Shown piece by piece: positions 20,404 to 29,165 of a DNA stretch of 64,000 nucleotides. Under the pieces are notes generated by a model. That model had not been told where the DNA came from, did not search any database, and saw only the letters and a program-made list of their open reading frames with translations. Origin of the DNA: a bacterium (GTDB lineage Bacteria; UBA8248); assembly GCA_965219955.1 (NCBI GenBank), contig OZ244799.1, positions 1,600,001 to 1,664,000 on the forward strand. The letters are read 5' to 3'. The translations under genes were made by a program, and so were the position numbers. Within the stretch, counting starts at the first letter, position 1. Each line of letters begins with the position of its first letter.

Positions 20404-20697
20404 CGTCAAGGGGGAGGTAGGGGGGGTTGGTTTTCAACAAATGAGGGGGCAATCGAACCGACCGAGGAGGCGCCGCCCCGTAGGGACAGGCCTCCGTGCC
20501 TGTCCTGACGAAGGACAACCACGAAGAGCAGGACAGGCACGGAGGCCTGTCCCTACGGCGAACAATCTCGAAGGTCGGACAGGACTTTTTCAACAGCCCC
20601 TTCTCAGTCGCGTTTGACCTTCGGCGGCTACTCAGGGTGAGGAAAGAGGTGTTGGCGGTTTGCGGGGGTGCAGACGAGGGCCTTTCCACCACCCCCG
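20404..20697. repeat. Intergenic repeat mosaic 4, right part
   Basis: GTCAAGGGGGAGGTAGGGGGGGTTG, GTAG doublet 20480-20556, half CTACTCAGGGTGAGG module. Reverse complement of 20404-20505 matches ~36673-36770. Confidence 0.9.
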
Positions 20698-21522
20698 TCA
20701 GAGCAAGGCCTCTTCCGTCATCTCTCCCTGGTAGACGAGTCTCGTTTCCCCTTCCATGTAGACGTCGCGCACGTCCGCGCCTGCGCCCTCGAAATAGATT
20801 TTGAGGATTTCGCCGCTGCGCACGTTCACGTCCACGGGAGCGCTTACGAACCCGCGCGTCGCGGCGAGTATCGCCGTCGCCACGGCGCCCGTGCCGCAGG
20901 CCAGGGTCTCGTTCTCCACGCCCCGCTCGTAGGTTCTCAGGACCACGGAATTCGCCCCGCTCACCCGGGCGAAGTTCGCGTTCGCGCCCGCTGGCGCAAA
21001 GGCATCGTGCGTGCGGACCGCCCGGCCGTCGCCCACGATATCGACCGTCTCCACGTCGCCGGTGAACTCCACCGCGTGGGGGACGCCGGTGTTCAGGTGA
21101 TCGACCACCACTCCTCTTCCGTTGATGTCGAGTTCAACACCCGCGCGGTAATCGAAGGGCTGGGTCATCCGCAGCTTGACCTTCGAGCCGTTCATCGTCG
21201 CGTCGATGACGCCCGCGATGGTCTCGAACGACACCGAATCCGCGGCGATGCCCAGCTCTCTCGCAAAGCGCGCGGCGCAGCGCCCGCCGTTCCCGCACAT
21301 CTCGCCCTCGGAGCCGTCGGCGTTGAAGAACCGCCACTTGAAATCGGCCCGCTCGCTCGGCTCGATGAACATCAGCCCGTCCGCGCCCACGGACTGGCCC
21401 CTGCGGCAAACCCGCTGGACGAAATCGATCATCTCGTCGGCCCGGTGCTCCAGGTTCCTGTTGTCGATGAATATGAAGTCGTTGCCGCTTCCGCTGAACT
21501 TGGTGAATGCGATTTTGCTCAC
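20698..21522 (-). CDS. dapF: Diaminopimelate epimerase
   Basis: GSGNDF, NADGSEGEMCGNGGRC, GVPH, RTYERGVENETLACGTG motifs. Confidence 0.97.
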   Translation of the reverse strand: MSKIAFTKFSGSGNDFIFIDNRNLEHRADEMIDFVQRVCRRGQSVGADGLMFIEPSERADFKWRFFNADGSEGEMCGNGGRCAARFARELGIAADSVSFETIAGVIDATMNGSKVKLRMTQPFDYRAGVELDINGRGVVVDHLNTGVPHAVEFTGDVETVDIVGDGRAVRTHDAFAPAGANANFARVSGANSVVLRTYERGVENETLACGTGAVATAILAATRGFVSAPVDVNVRSGEILKIYFEGAGADVRDVYMEGETRLVYQGEMTEEALL

Positions 21523-22796
21523 GGAATCCGCCTCTCTTCGATAAACCCCGGTATGTGCTCGCCGCGGACGAGGTCGTCATACGTCTCGCGCTCCCTGATT
21601 ATATGATACTCATCGCCGCGCACAAGAATCTCGGGCGGCCTGGGGCGCGAGTTGTAGTTCGACGCCATGGTGAAGCCGTACGCGCCAGAACTCATGACGG
21701 CCACCAGATCGTCGCGCTGGAACTCGGGCAAATCGCGGTCTTTCGCCAGATAGTCCCCGCTCTCGCATACCGGGCCCACCAGGTCCGTAACATGCTTCGG
21801 CCTCTCCCGCGCCGCCTCCTCCACCGGCCACACGTCCTGAAAGGCCTGGTAGAGGCTGGGGCGGATCAAGTCGTTCATGCCGGCGTCGATGATGACGAAG
21901 CGTTTTTCGGGGTTCTCTTTCCCGTACAGCACGCGCGTGACGAGGATGCCCGCGTTGCCCGTGATGACGCGGCCCGGCTCGAAAATGAGCGTGCACCCCA
22001 GATCCCGGAGTTTGGGCAGTATGGCCGCCGCATAGTCTTTCGGCAGCGGCGGCGCCTCGTCGTGATAGGTGATGCCCAAGCCGCCGCCCAGGTTCAGGTA
22101 CCGGATGTCGTGCCCGTCGCCGCGCAACTCGCCCACCAGGCGCGCCACGATTTCCACCGAGTCGGCGAACGGGCTGCTCGAAGTGATCTGGCTCCCGATA
22201 TGGCAGTGCACGCCCGTGGGAGCGACGCCCTCGAGCGAAGCCGCCGTCCGGTACTGCTCCCGCGCCCGGTTGATGTCGATGCCGAACTTGCTCTTCTTGA
22301 GGCCGGTGGTGATGTAGGGGTGCGTCTGGGGGTCGACGTCGGGGTTTACTCGGATCGCGACCTGCGCCTGCCTGCCCACCCGGCTCGCCACCGCGCCGAT
22401 GTTCACCAATTCCTCTTCGCTCTCCACGTTGAACAACAAAACGCCGTTTTCGATCGCGTAGGCGATCTCATCGTCCGACTTGCCCACGCCAGCGAACACG
22501 ATGCGATCGGCGGGCATCCCTGCCTTCACCGCGCGGAACAACTCGCCGCCCGAAACGATGTCCAGCCCCCCGCCCATCGCGCCGAAGAGCCGGAGTATCG
22601 CCAGGTTCGAGTTGCTCTTCATGGCGAAGCAGATGAGGTGCGGGACAGATGCGAACGCCTCGTCGAAGACGCGGAAATGCCTCGTAAGCGTCTCGTGGCT
22701 GTAGACGTAGCAAGGCGTTCCCACCTCCTCCGCCAGCCTCGTCAGGGATACGTCTTCGGCGCACAATTCGCCGTCTTTGTACTCGAAATGGTGCAT
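21519..22796 (-). CDS. lysA: Diaminopimelate decarboxylase
   Basis: FAMKSNSN, DIVSGGE, SKFGI, HCHIGSQ, EPGR, GPVCESGD, SNYNSRPR motifs. Confidence 0.97.
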   Translation of the reverse strand: MHHFEYKDGELCAEDVSLTRLAEEVGTPCYVYSHETLTRHFRVFDEAFASVPHLICFAMKSNSNLAILRLFGAMGGGLDIVSGGELFRAVKAGMPADRIVFAGVGKSDDEIAYAIENGVLLFNVESEEELVNIGAVASRVGRQAQVAIRVNPDVDPQTHPYITTGLKKSKFGIDINRAREQYRTAASLEGVAPTGVHCHIGSQITSSSPFADSVEIVARLVGELRGDGHDIRYLNLGGGLGITYHDEAPPLPKDYAAAILPKLRDLGCTLIFEPGRVITGNAGILVTRVLYGKENPEKRFVIIDAGMNDLIRPSLYQAFQDVWPVEEAARERPKHVTDLVGPVCESGDYLAKDRDLPEFQRDDLVAVMSSGAYGFTMASNYNSRPRPPEILVRGDEYHIIRERETYDDLVRGEHIPGFIEERRIP

Positions 22797-22836
22797 TCGG
22801 CAATCTCTCTTTCCGAGTCCTTCCGGGCTTGAGTTC

Positions 22837-22956
22837 CTACAAACTCCCGGCGACCGGACTCTTGGGAGGTTTCGGCGGTCCCTTGACGCCGCAACCCGCG
22901 ACCACGCAGGCCATCGCGACCACCAGGACGCCCGCCAGCAGAATTCTCTTCATCAT
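22837..22956 (-). CDS. Small lipoprotein, LppL/LptM(YifL)-like (39 aa)
   Basis: MMKRILLAGVLVVAMACVVAG-CGVKGPPKPP: lipobox plus CGxKGP motif, in the usual position directly upstream of lysA-dapF. Confidence 0.8.
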   Translation of the reverse strand: MMKRILLAGVLVVAMACVVAGCGVKGPPKPPKSPVAGSL

Positions 22957-22957
22957 C

Positions 22958-24370
22958 CTAGATTCCCAACCGTTTTTTCTCGGCCCGTATCTGGGCCCGC
23001 ACGCTTCGTTTCGAAGCCCCGCCCGCGCTGCTCCTCGAGCGCAGGGATTTCGCCAGATCCGTCTCCGCCAGATCACCCGCTTCAAGCCGGGAGTCCGCCT
23101 CCGCCAGATCCCCGGCGCTCAACTTCCCGAGGGCCACCCCTTTTTCGAGGGCGATCCGCACGGCGCGCCCCGCCGCCTCGTGCGCCTCCCTGAACGGCAC
23201 CCCCCGCCGCACCATGGCGTCCGCCAGGTCCGTGGCCGTCATGTACCCGCCCTCCGCGGCCCTGGCCATCGCCTCTGGCTGAAACCGCATGGATTCGACC
23301 ATGGGCGCCATGACCCCCAGGCAGGCCAGCAGGGAATCGGCGGCGTCGAACAGCGACTCTTTATCCTCCTGCATGTCCCGGTTATAGGTGAGCGGCAGCC
23401 CCTTCATCAAGGTGAGCAGGGCCATCAAATCCCCGAACACGCGCCCGCTCTTGCCCCGGACGATCTCGGCCACGTCGGGGTTTTTCTTCTGCGGCATCAG
23501 GGAGCTTCCCGTCGCGAACGAATCCGCAAGCTCCACGAAGCCGAACTCCCCGCTCGCCCAGAGGATGACCTCCTCCCCAAGTCTGCTCAAGTGCATCATC
23601 GAGATGGCGGCGGCGGACGCGAACTCCAGCGCGAAATCCCGGTCGCTCACCGCGTCCATGCTGTTCTCGGCGACGGCGGCGAAGCCGAGCTTTCTCGCCA
23701 CCATTTTCCTGTCCACCGGGTGGCTCGTGCCGGCCAGCGCGCCCGCACCCAGCGGCAATACGTTCACGCGGGCGCGCACTTGCGCGAACCGCTCCCCGTC
23801 TCGCCTGAGCATCTGGGAATACGCGAGCAGGTGATGCGCGAGCGAGACGGGCTGCGCGCGCTGCAGATGCGTGTAGCCGGGCATCACGGTATCGGCGTGC
23901 GCCTCCGCCTGCGCGAGAAGGGCCCGCCTGAGCGCGAGGAGCGCTTCCAGCGTCTCGTCGACCCGGTCTCTCAGCCACAGCCTGAGCGAGGTGGCCACCT
24001 GGTCGTTCCGGCTCCGCGCGGTGTGCAGCCTGCCGCCGGCGGCGCCGATGCGCTCCGTCAAGGCCGCCTCGACGTTCATGTGCACGTCTTCGAGCTCGGC
24101 CCGGAACTCGAATCTGCCGGCCTCCACCTCCCGGAGAATGACCCTGAGGCCCGAGACGATTCTCCGGGCGTCTTTTTTCGCAATGATGCCCTGCGCTCCG
24201 AGCATCTCCGCGTGGGCGATGGAAGCGAGGACGTCGTACGGCGCGAGGCGGTAGTCGAACGAGACGCTCTCGGTGAAGGCCTCCACGCGCGCGTCCGTCC
24301 CCCCCCGGAACCTGCCGCCCCAGGGTTTGGTGGATTTCGTCTTCTGAGACTTCGCACCTCGTTTCGGCAT
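22958..24370 (-). CDS. argH: Argininosuccinate lyase
   Basis: WGGRF, EDVHMNVE, HTARSRNDQVAT, PGYTHLQRAQP, GSSLMPQKKNPD motifs. Confidence 0.98.
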   Translation of the reverse strand: MPKRGAKSQKTKSTKPWGGRFRGGTDARVEAFTESVSFDYRLAPYDVLASIAHAEMLGAQGIIAKKDARRIVSGLRVILREVEAGRFEFRAELEDVHMNVEAALTERIGAAGGRLHTARSRNDQVATSLRLWLRDRVDETLEALLALRRALLAQAEAHADTVMPGYTHLQRAQPVSLAHHLLAYSQMLRRDGERFAQVRARVNVLPLGAGALAGTSHPVDRKMVARKLGFAAVAENSMDAVSDRDFALEFASAAAISMMHLSRLGEEVILWASGEFGFVELADSFATGSSLMPQKKNPDVAEIVRGKSGRVFGDLMALLTLMKGLPLTYNRDMQEDKESLFDAADSLLACLGVMAPMVESMRFQPEAMARAAEGGYMTATDLADAMVRRGVPFREAHEAAGRAVRIALEKGVALGKLSAGDLAEADSRLEAGDLAETDLAKSLRSRSSAGGASKRSVRAQIRAEKKRLGI

Positions 24371-24507
24371 CCGCTCCTGTCCTTTTTCGAACCACGCCGC
24401 GCGCCTGAGCCTGCGCCCAAGAGACGCAAAAAGAACTGCTTACACGATAGCGGGCGTACAGGGCAACCGGGGAAAGCGGAAATCATGGAGGATCGCCCCG
24501 CCCCGCT

Positions 24508-24930
24508 TGCAGGCTGCTCAAAAAGCCTCCGTCGGTCAGGCGAAACGCGACTGCAGGGACAGGTCGCGACCTGTCCCTACGGAAAAGCAACCCCCCCTAC
24601 CCCCCCTTGTCAGGGGGGCATAAAAAGGCGATGCGCCCTCGCCGAGATGAACACAAATCAACTCCCCCCTTGAGACTTGTTCGCAATTCAGCAGAGCGGA
24701 ATCACTCCCCCCTTGAGGGGGAGTCGAAGAGGCCGAGCGGTTTGTGCGAAGGCCGATTCGGTGGGGGGAGCTCTACCCTGTGGCATGTCCCCCCACCGGC
24801 GCGACTTCGGGCTTCGCCCTCGTCTTGCCGTCTGGCTTTCCCCTCGGGAAGCCAGATCCTCAAGGGGGGAGTGAACTTCAAAAGCGTGCGCTCAACCAAA
24901 ATCGCTCCACGGGCTTTTTCCACAACTCCG
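24508..24930. repeat. Intergenic repeat mosaic 5
   Basis: GGGACAGGTCGCGACCTGTCCCTAC, CCCCCTACCCCCCCTTGTCAGGGGGG and palindromic element 24700-24874 (nearly identical to 26580-26767). Confidence 0.9.
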
Positions 24931-25013
24931 CTTGCGGGCGTGCGCCGCATCTTCTAGGATGGCTCCCACGCAGCCCTTTATGAAACCTTTCGGCCGTTTT
25001 TGGGAAAACGCAT

Positions 25014-26291
25014 TTGGAACGACTACACCGTCTCTTCCCAGCCAGACACTGGATTTTCATCGTCTCCGCTTTCGTTCTCCTGGGGCTCTTCTCGGGCCTG
25101 AACTTCCTTTTCGGCGTATTCCTGAACCCCCTGGTGGATGAATTCGACTGGACCCGCTCGACGGCCTCGGCGGCGTTTTCCATCAACATGTTCATGATCG
25201 CGTTCTGCTCGATGATCGCGGGCGGTTTTTCCGACAAGTTCGGCACGAGGCCCGTGCTGATCGTCGGGATCCTGATCTCCGGCGGTTCGCTGCTCCTCTC
25301 CTTCTTCATCCAGAACCTGTGGCACTACTTCCTGTTCACCGGCGTGATGGCGGGCACGGGGCGCGCCGCCATCGCAACGCCCGTGCAGGCCTTCATCCAG
25401 CGCAACCTGACCAGGCACCGGGGGCTGGCCACCGGGCTGGCCGGCTCGGGCACCGGTCTCGGCATCCTGATCCTGGCGCCCCTCACCGGTTATTTCATCA
25501 GCACCCACGGGTGGAGACACTCCTACCTGTACCTGGGCGTCATCTTCTTCGTCCTCGCCATACCCGCGGCCATGACCCTCGTGCCGCAAAAAAGGCCCCC
25601 CGCGGGCGGCGGCTCCGCCGGCTCCCCGGCCAGGCAGGAAGACGCCGCCCCGATTCTCCCCGAGGCGTCCCTGGGCATGCGGGAGATCTTAAAGCGCAGG
25701 CCGTTCTGGATGATCATCTCGAGCCACGCCACCGACTGCATCTGCCACTCGGTGCTCATCGTCCACCTGGTGCCCATCGCGATCGAGGCGGGGGTTCCCC
25801 ACATACAGGCGGCGGGCCTCGTGGGCGTCATGGGCCTGGGGACGCTCATCGGCCGGATCAGCCTGGGCATACTGGCGGACCGCATCGGGTCGAAATGGGC
25901 GCTGTTCATTACGCTGCTGACGCAGACGATACCCGTTCCCCTGCTCTGGTGGTCCGATTCCATTTATGTATTCTACGCCGTCGCCCTCATGGTCGGCACC
26001 GGCATGGGCGGACACGGGACGATGTACCCGATGGTCACCCGCGAATACTACGGCACCAGAAGGGTGGGCATCCTCTACGGGGCCTTCATCTCGGGCGCGA
26101 GTTCGGGCATGGCCACGGGCGGGTTCCTGGGCGGGCTGCTGCACGACATGACGGGCGACTACACGCTCTCCATCCTGCTCAGCTTCGTGACCGGCGTCGC
26201 CTCGCTGCTGTTCGTCCTCGCCTACCCTTCGAGAATCAAACCGATCCGGAAAGAGGACGTGGCGCACCCCGTCGCCCAGCCCGCGGGCTGA
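25014..26291 (+). CDS. MFS transporter (OFA/monocarboxylate-like)
   Basis: About 12 hydrophobic segments; motif A GGFSDKFGTR and GILADRIGSK; RGLATGLAGSGTGLG. Confidence 0.9.
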   Translation: MERLHRLFPARHWIFIVSAFVLLGLFSGLNFLFGVFLNPLVDEFDWTRSTASAAFSINMFMIAFCSMIAGGFSDKFGTRPVLIVGILISGGSLLLSFFIQNLWHYFLFTGVMAGTGRAAIATPVQAFIQRNLTRHRGLATGLAGSGTGLGILILAPLTGYFISTHGWRHSYLYLGVIFFVLAIPAAMTLVPQKRPPAGGGSAGSPARQEDAAPILPEASLGMREILKRRPFWMIISSHATDCICHSVLIVHLVPIAIEAGVPHIQAAGLVGVMGLGTLIGRISLGILADRIGSKWALFITLLTQTIPVPLLWWSDSIYVFYAVALMVGTGMGGHGTMYPMVTREYYGTRRVGILYGAFISGASSGMATGGFLGGLLHDMTGDYTLSILLSFVTGVASLLFVLAYPSRIKPIRKEDVAHPVAQPAG

Positions 26292-26324
26292 GGGGTCGGG
26301 GGGGGGCCGGTGAAAGAGGGAGAA

Positions 26325-26775
26325 CCACTCCTCTCTTGTCGGGTTGTTGAGAAAGTCCCTTCAAGCGTTGGGGATACGATGGTTTTGTAGGGACAACCCT
26401 CCGTGGTTGTCCTTCGTCAGGACAGGCACGGAGGCCTGTCCCTACGGGTGAATGCGGTTCTGATCGTCATTCCGGCATCAGTCCCAACTGATAAAGGAGG
26501 GATTGACCGGAATCCATTTTCGCCTTTGTCTTTGGCCTTTCGCCCGGACGTCCTCTCTTCCGACCGACGCGAATGGAAGAATCACTCCCCCCTTGAGGGG
26601 GAGTCGAAGAGGCCGAGCGGTTTATGCGAAGGCCGATTCGGTGGGGGGTAAAATGCGTTTTATCGCCATCCGAATTATACCCCCCACCGGCGCGACTTCG
26701 GGCTTCGCCCTCGTCTTGCCGTCTGGCTTTCCCCTCGGGAAGCCAGACCCTCAAGGGGGGAGTGATTCCTCTCTC
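26325..26775. repeat. Intergenic repeat mosaic 6
   Basis: GTAG doublet 26387-26445, CGTCATTCCGG...CCGGAATCCA with an expanded loop, palindromic element 26580-26767. Confidence 0.9.
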
Positions 26776-27280
26776 TAGTTGGTTGGCGCTCTGCAGGGGG
26801 GGTTGACGTTACGGGATTTCCCCCTCGAGGGGGTTGCCATGACCCTCCCGGGGGGGTTATCAATACCCTTTTCAAGGGCCGGCGCGCTCCTGCCGTGGCC
26901 TGTTTCACCAGCCGCCGCAGGGTTTCTTGCGGGTGAACGCGTCCGGTCCGGGGAAGAAAGGGCCGACACCCCTCGAAGGGCTGCTTTCAGGGGTTGTTGA
27001 AAAACCCCCGAGTGTGGGAACTGCTGCGACACAATCCCAGAGGTGCAGGCCGAGTCGGGGTGTCGGCTGCTTTCTTGAGAAGCGCGAAACAGGGGCTGCC
27101 CGTTGTTCCCGTTCCCGGCTCGAGGACTCAAACTCATAACCAGGAGCGGTACTGTTTGCTCTATCACGAGGGAAGCAACCAACGGGCAACCCCCTTTTCC
27201 ACTCTTCTTCCTTTTCCTTCGCCCGCCTCAGGCTCCGGGACGATGAAGCCCCCGCCCGAGACCGAAGGCGTCCTGTTCTC

Positions 27281-28987
27281 TTACCTGTGCGCTCCAAACG
27301 CCCCGATGAAGGCGGCGTCTCCTTCGCCAACCGTCTGCCTCTTGACATAAAACGAACCTGCAACAGAACCAGGCTCGTCCGGAGAGTAGGTTGTCGTTCT
27401 TGTTCTCTCGGGAGTGTTGCTTGGAACATCAGCAGTATCTGAAGTAGCGCTGGCTCTCATTCCGAAGAACTGGCCCTTCCAACTGCCGGTATAGGCGTGA
27501 CCCTCTATTACACCAGCAGCATCTCCTTCAAAAGCTGCAAGAGTATTCACCAAGGGCTGTTCCTTCAAGTCGATGCTTCCCGTGATGGAATTTCCACCGG
27601 CGCTGATGCCCGTGATTGCTCCTGAAATCTTGCTGCCCGCAACATCTGCCCCGGCTCCGCGCACGAACGTAGCCGTGAGCGATACATTCGCCTTGAAATG
27701 GCTGGCCTTTCCGCCGGCGAAATACGCGCCGTTCACGCCCCCACGGTAAGTTGCTTCCGTGCTCTCATTTTCGTCAACGAATCCGGCTATCGTGTTAAAA
27801 CCGGTCGCATTCACGCATGCCCTGGACTCCGTACTGGTGTTAGTTACATCAGCTGCGGTGCAGAAATCATGTGTCGTCCCCGTCCCGTCGAGAGGCTGAC
27901 TCCCGAATGCAAATGCTCTCAGGATGGAAGTGCCGGGAGTTGCATCATCGAGCCAGATTCCGGCGAGCAGATAATCATCGTCGGCGACGTACTTATACTG
28001 CTCATTTATACGGTTGTCTGGGTCACCAGATACGTCAGTAAGGTTCTCTTGGGGACCATCTGAGGCAGAATCCCCTGTTTTTTGCCTTACCGGTGAGTCT
28101 ACTTTGATATCCGTGTAGACAGTGGCGAATCTGCCGCCGCTTTTCAGGTCGAAGCCATTGGAAAGAGGTGCAGATCCGGAGATTTTGCCCGTCTGGCTAT
28201 CCGATGAAACATTCGTCTCATTGACCGATACCGTTACTCCCAGCACGCCTCTTTCCGTATTCCTGGGTATTGGATAGTTCATTCGGGTGTCACCTTCACC
28301 TTTGTGGTACGGATAAGTGGCACTAGCACCTGTCGATCCCACCTCGATGGAAGTAGCCGCTAGTCCGCTCAGAACCGCATCGGATATTTTCTTGTTATCC
28401 CTCAAGTACCTGATGAGCGAGGACCCGCCCGTCAAGGCGGCCTCGTCCGCTTCCCGTTGTTGGCGTTGGTTCGCGGCCACCTGCACGGCGCCCTGAATGC
28501 CCGCTATTGACGATGCGGCTGCGTTGAGAGTGCCTGCAGCCTCTCTCGCGTTCCCCAGCGCGGTATTCGCCTCCGCCGGCGTAGTGGCCAGGGTCGCCGC
28601 AGTATTCGCGCTCTCGATACGCGCCAGGGCGCTTTGCGCATCATTGCTGTGGCTGATGGCGCTCGTGATTTGATCGGCCGTGGCGTCGGCGTTGGTTTGT
28701 ATCGCGGCCGCGGCCGAACTCGCCGCCCCCGCCCGCGTCCGGGCACTTGAAAGGATAGTTGAAAGTTCCCGTCTGGCCTCGGCTATCTTTTCCGCATCGG
28801 TCGGCTCGGGCGGTGGCGGATCCGCGCAGTCCGGGTACGTCCCGACCTGACCCTGCGGGCATTCCATCACCGGCGGCGGCATTTCTTCCGCAGTACCGCC
28901 GCCGCCCCCGCCGCCGCAACCGGAGGCAAATGCCGCAATGCACACGACAAGTACCGCCAATCCTGAATATCTGAGCATTTTCATCAT
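27281..28987 (-). CDS. Surface lipoprotein A with TbpB-like C-terminal beta-barrel
   Basis: Lipobox FASG-C followed by GGGGGGG; Ala-rich helical stalk; barrel-type motifs ATYRG, WKGQFFG, VAGSF and terminal IGAFGAHR. Confidence 0.75.
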   Translation of the reverse strand: MMKMLRYSGLAVLVVCIAAFASGCGGGGGGGTAEEMPPPVMECPQGQVGTYPDCADPPPPEPTDAEKIAEARRELSTILSSARTRAGAASSAAAAIQTNADATADQITSAISHSNDAQSALARIESANTAATLATTPAEANTALGNAREAAGTLNAAASSIAGIQGAVQVAANQRQQREADEAALTGGSSLIRYLRDNKKISDAVLSGLAATSIEVGSTGASATYPYHKGEGDTRMNYPIPRNTERGVLGVTVSVNETNVSSDSQTGKISGSAPLSNGFDLKSGGRFATVYTDIKVDSPVRQKTGDSASDGPQENLTDVSGDPDNRINEQYKYVADDDYLLAGIWLDDATPGTSILRAFAFGSQPLDGTGTTHDFCTAADVTNTSTESRACVNATGFNTIAGFVDENESTEATYRGGVNGAYFAGGKASHFKANVSLTATFVRGAGADVAGSKISGAITGISAGGNSITGSIDLKEQPLVNTLAAFEGDAAGVIEGHAYTGSWKGQFFGMRASATSDTADVPSNTPERTRTTTYSPDEPGSVAGSFYVKRQTVGEGDAAFIGAFGAHR

Positions 28988-29115
28988 TTGCCCCCTAAGG
29001 CTGCCCCCCCTCCTGAAGCGGAAGGGGGCGGACGGATTAAACTCGGGTTCCATCTACCGCTTGCGCGCGCCGGAGCGCCTGCGCATCCAACTCCTGCTTC
29101 TTCCTCCCATCCCCC

Positions 29116-29143
29116 GGCCCCGGGCTTGATGCAGCCCGGGGCC
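29116..29143 (-). terminator. Stem-loop downstream of lipoprotein B
   Basis: GGCCCCGGGCT-N6-AGCCCGGGGCC, perfect 11-bp stem; no U tract. Confidence 0.5.
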
Positions 29144-29165
29144 CTGAGGAGTCATGCGCTGTTGC

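Noticed and set aside
20297-20692. N-terminal extension of the IS256 transposase in the 554-aa ORF call
   Set aside because: It runs past the IS terminal repeat into flanking repeat DNA; the true start is most likely ATG 20296.
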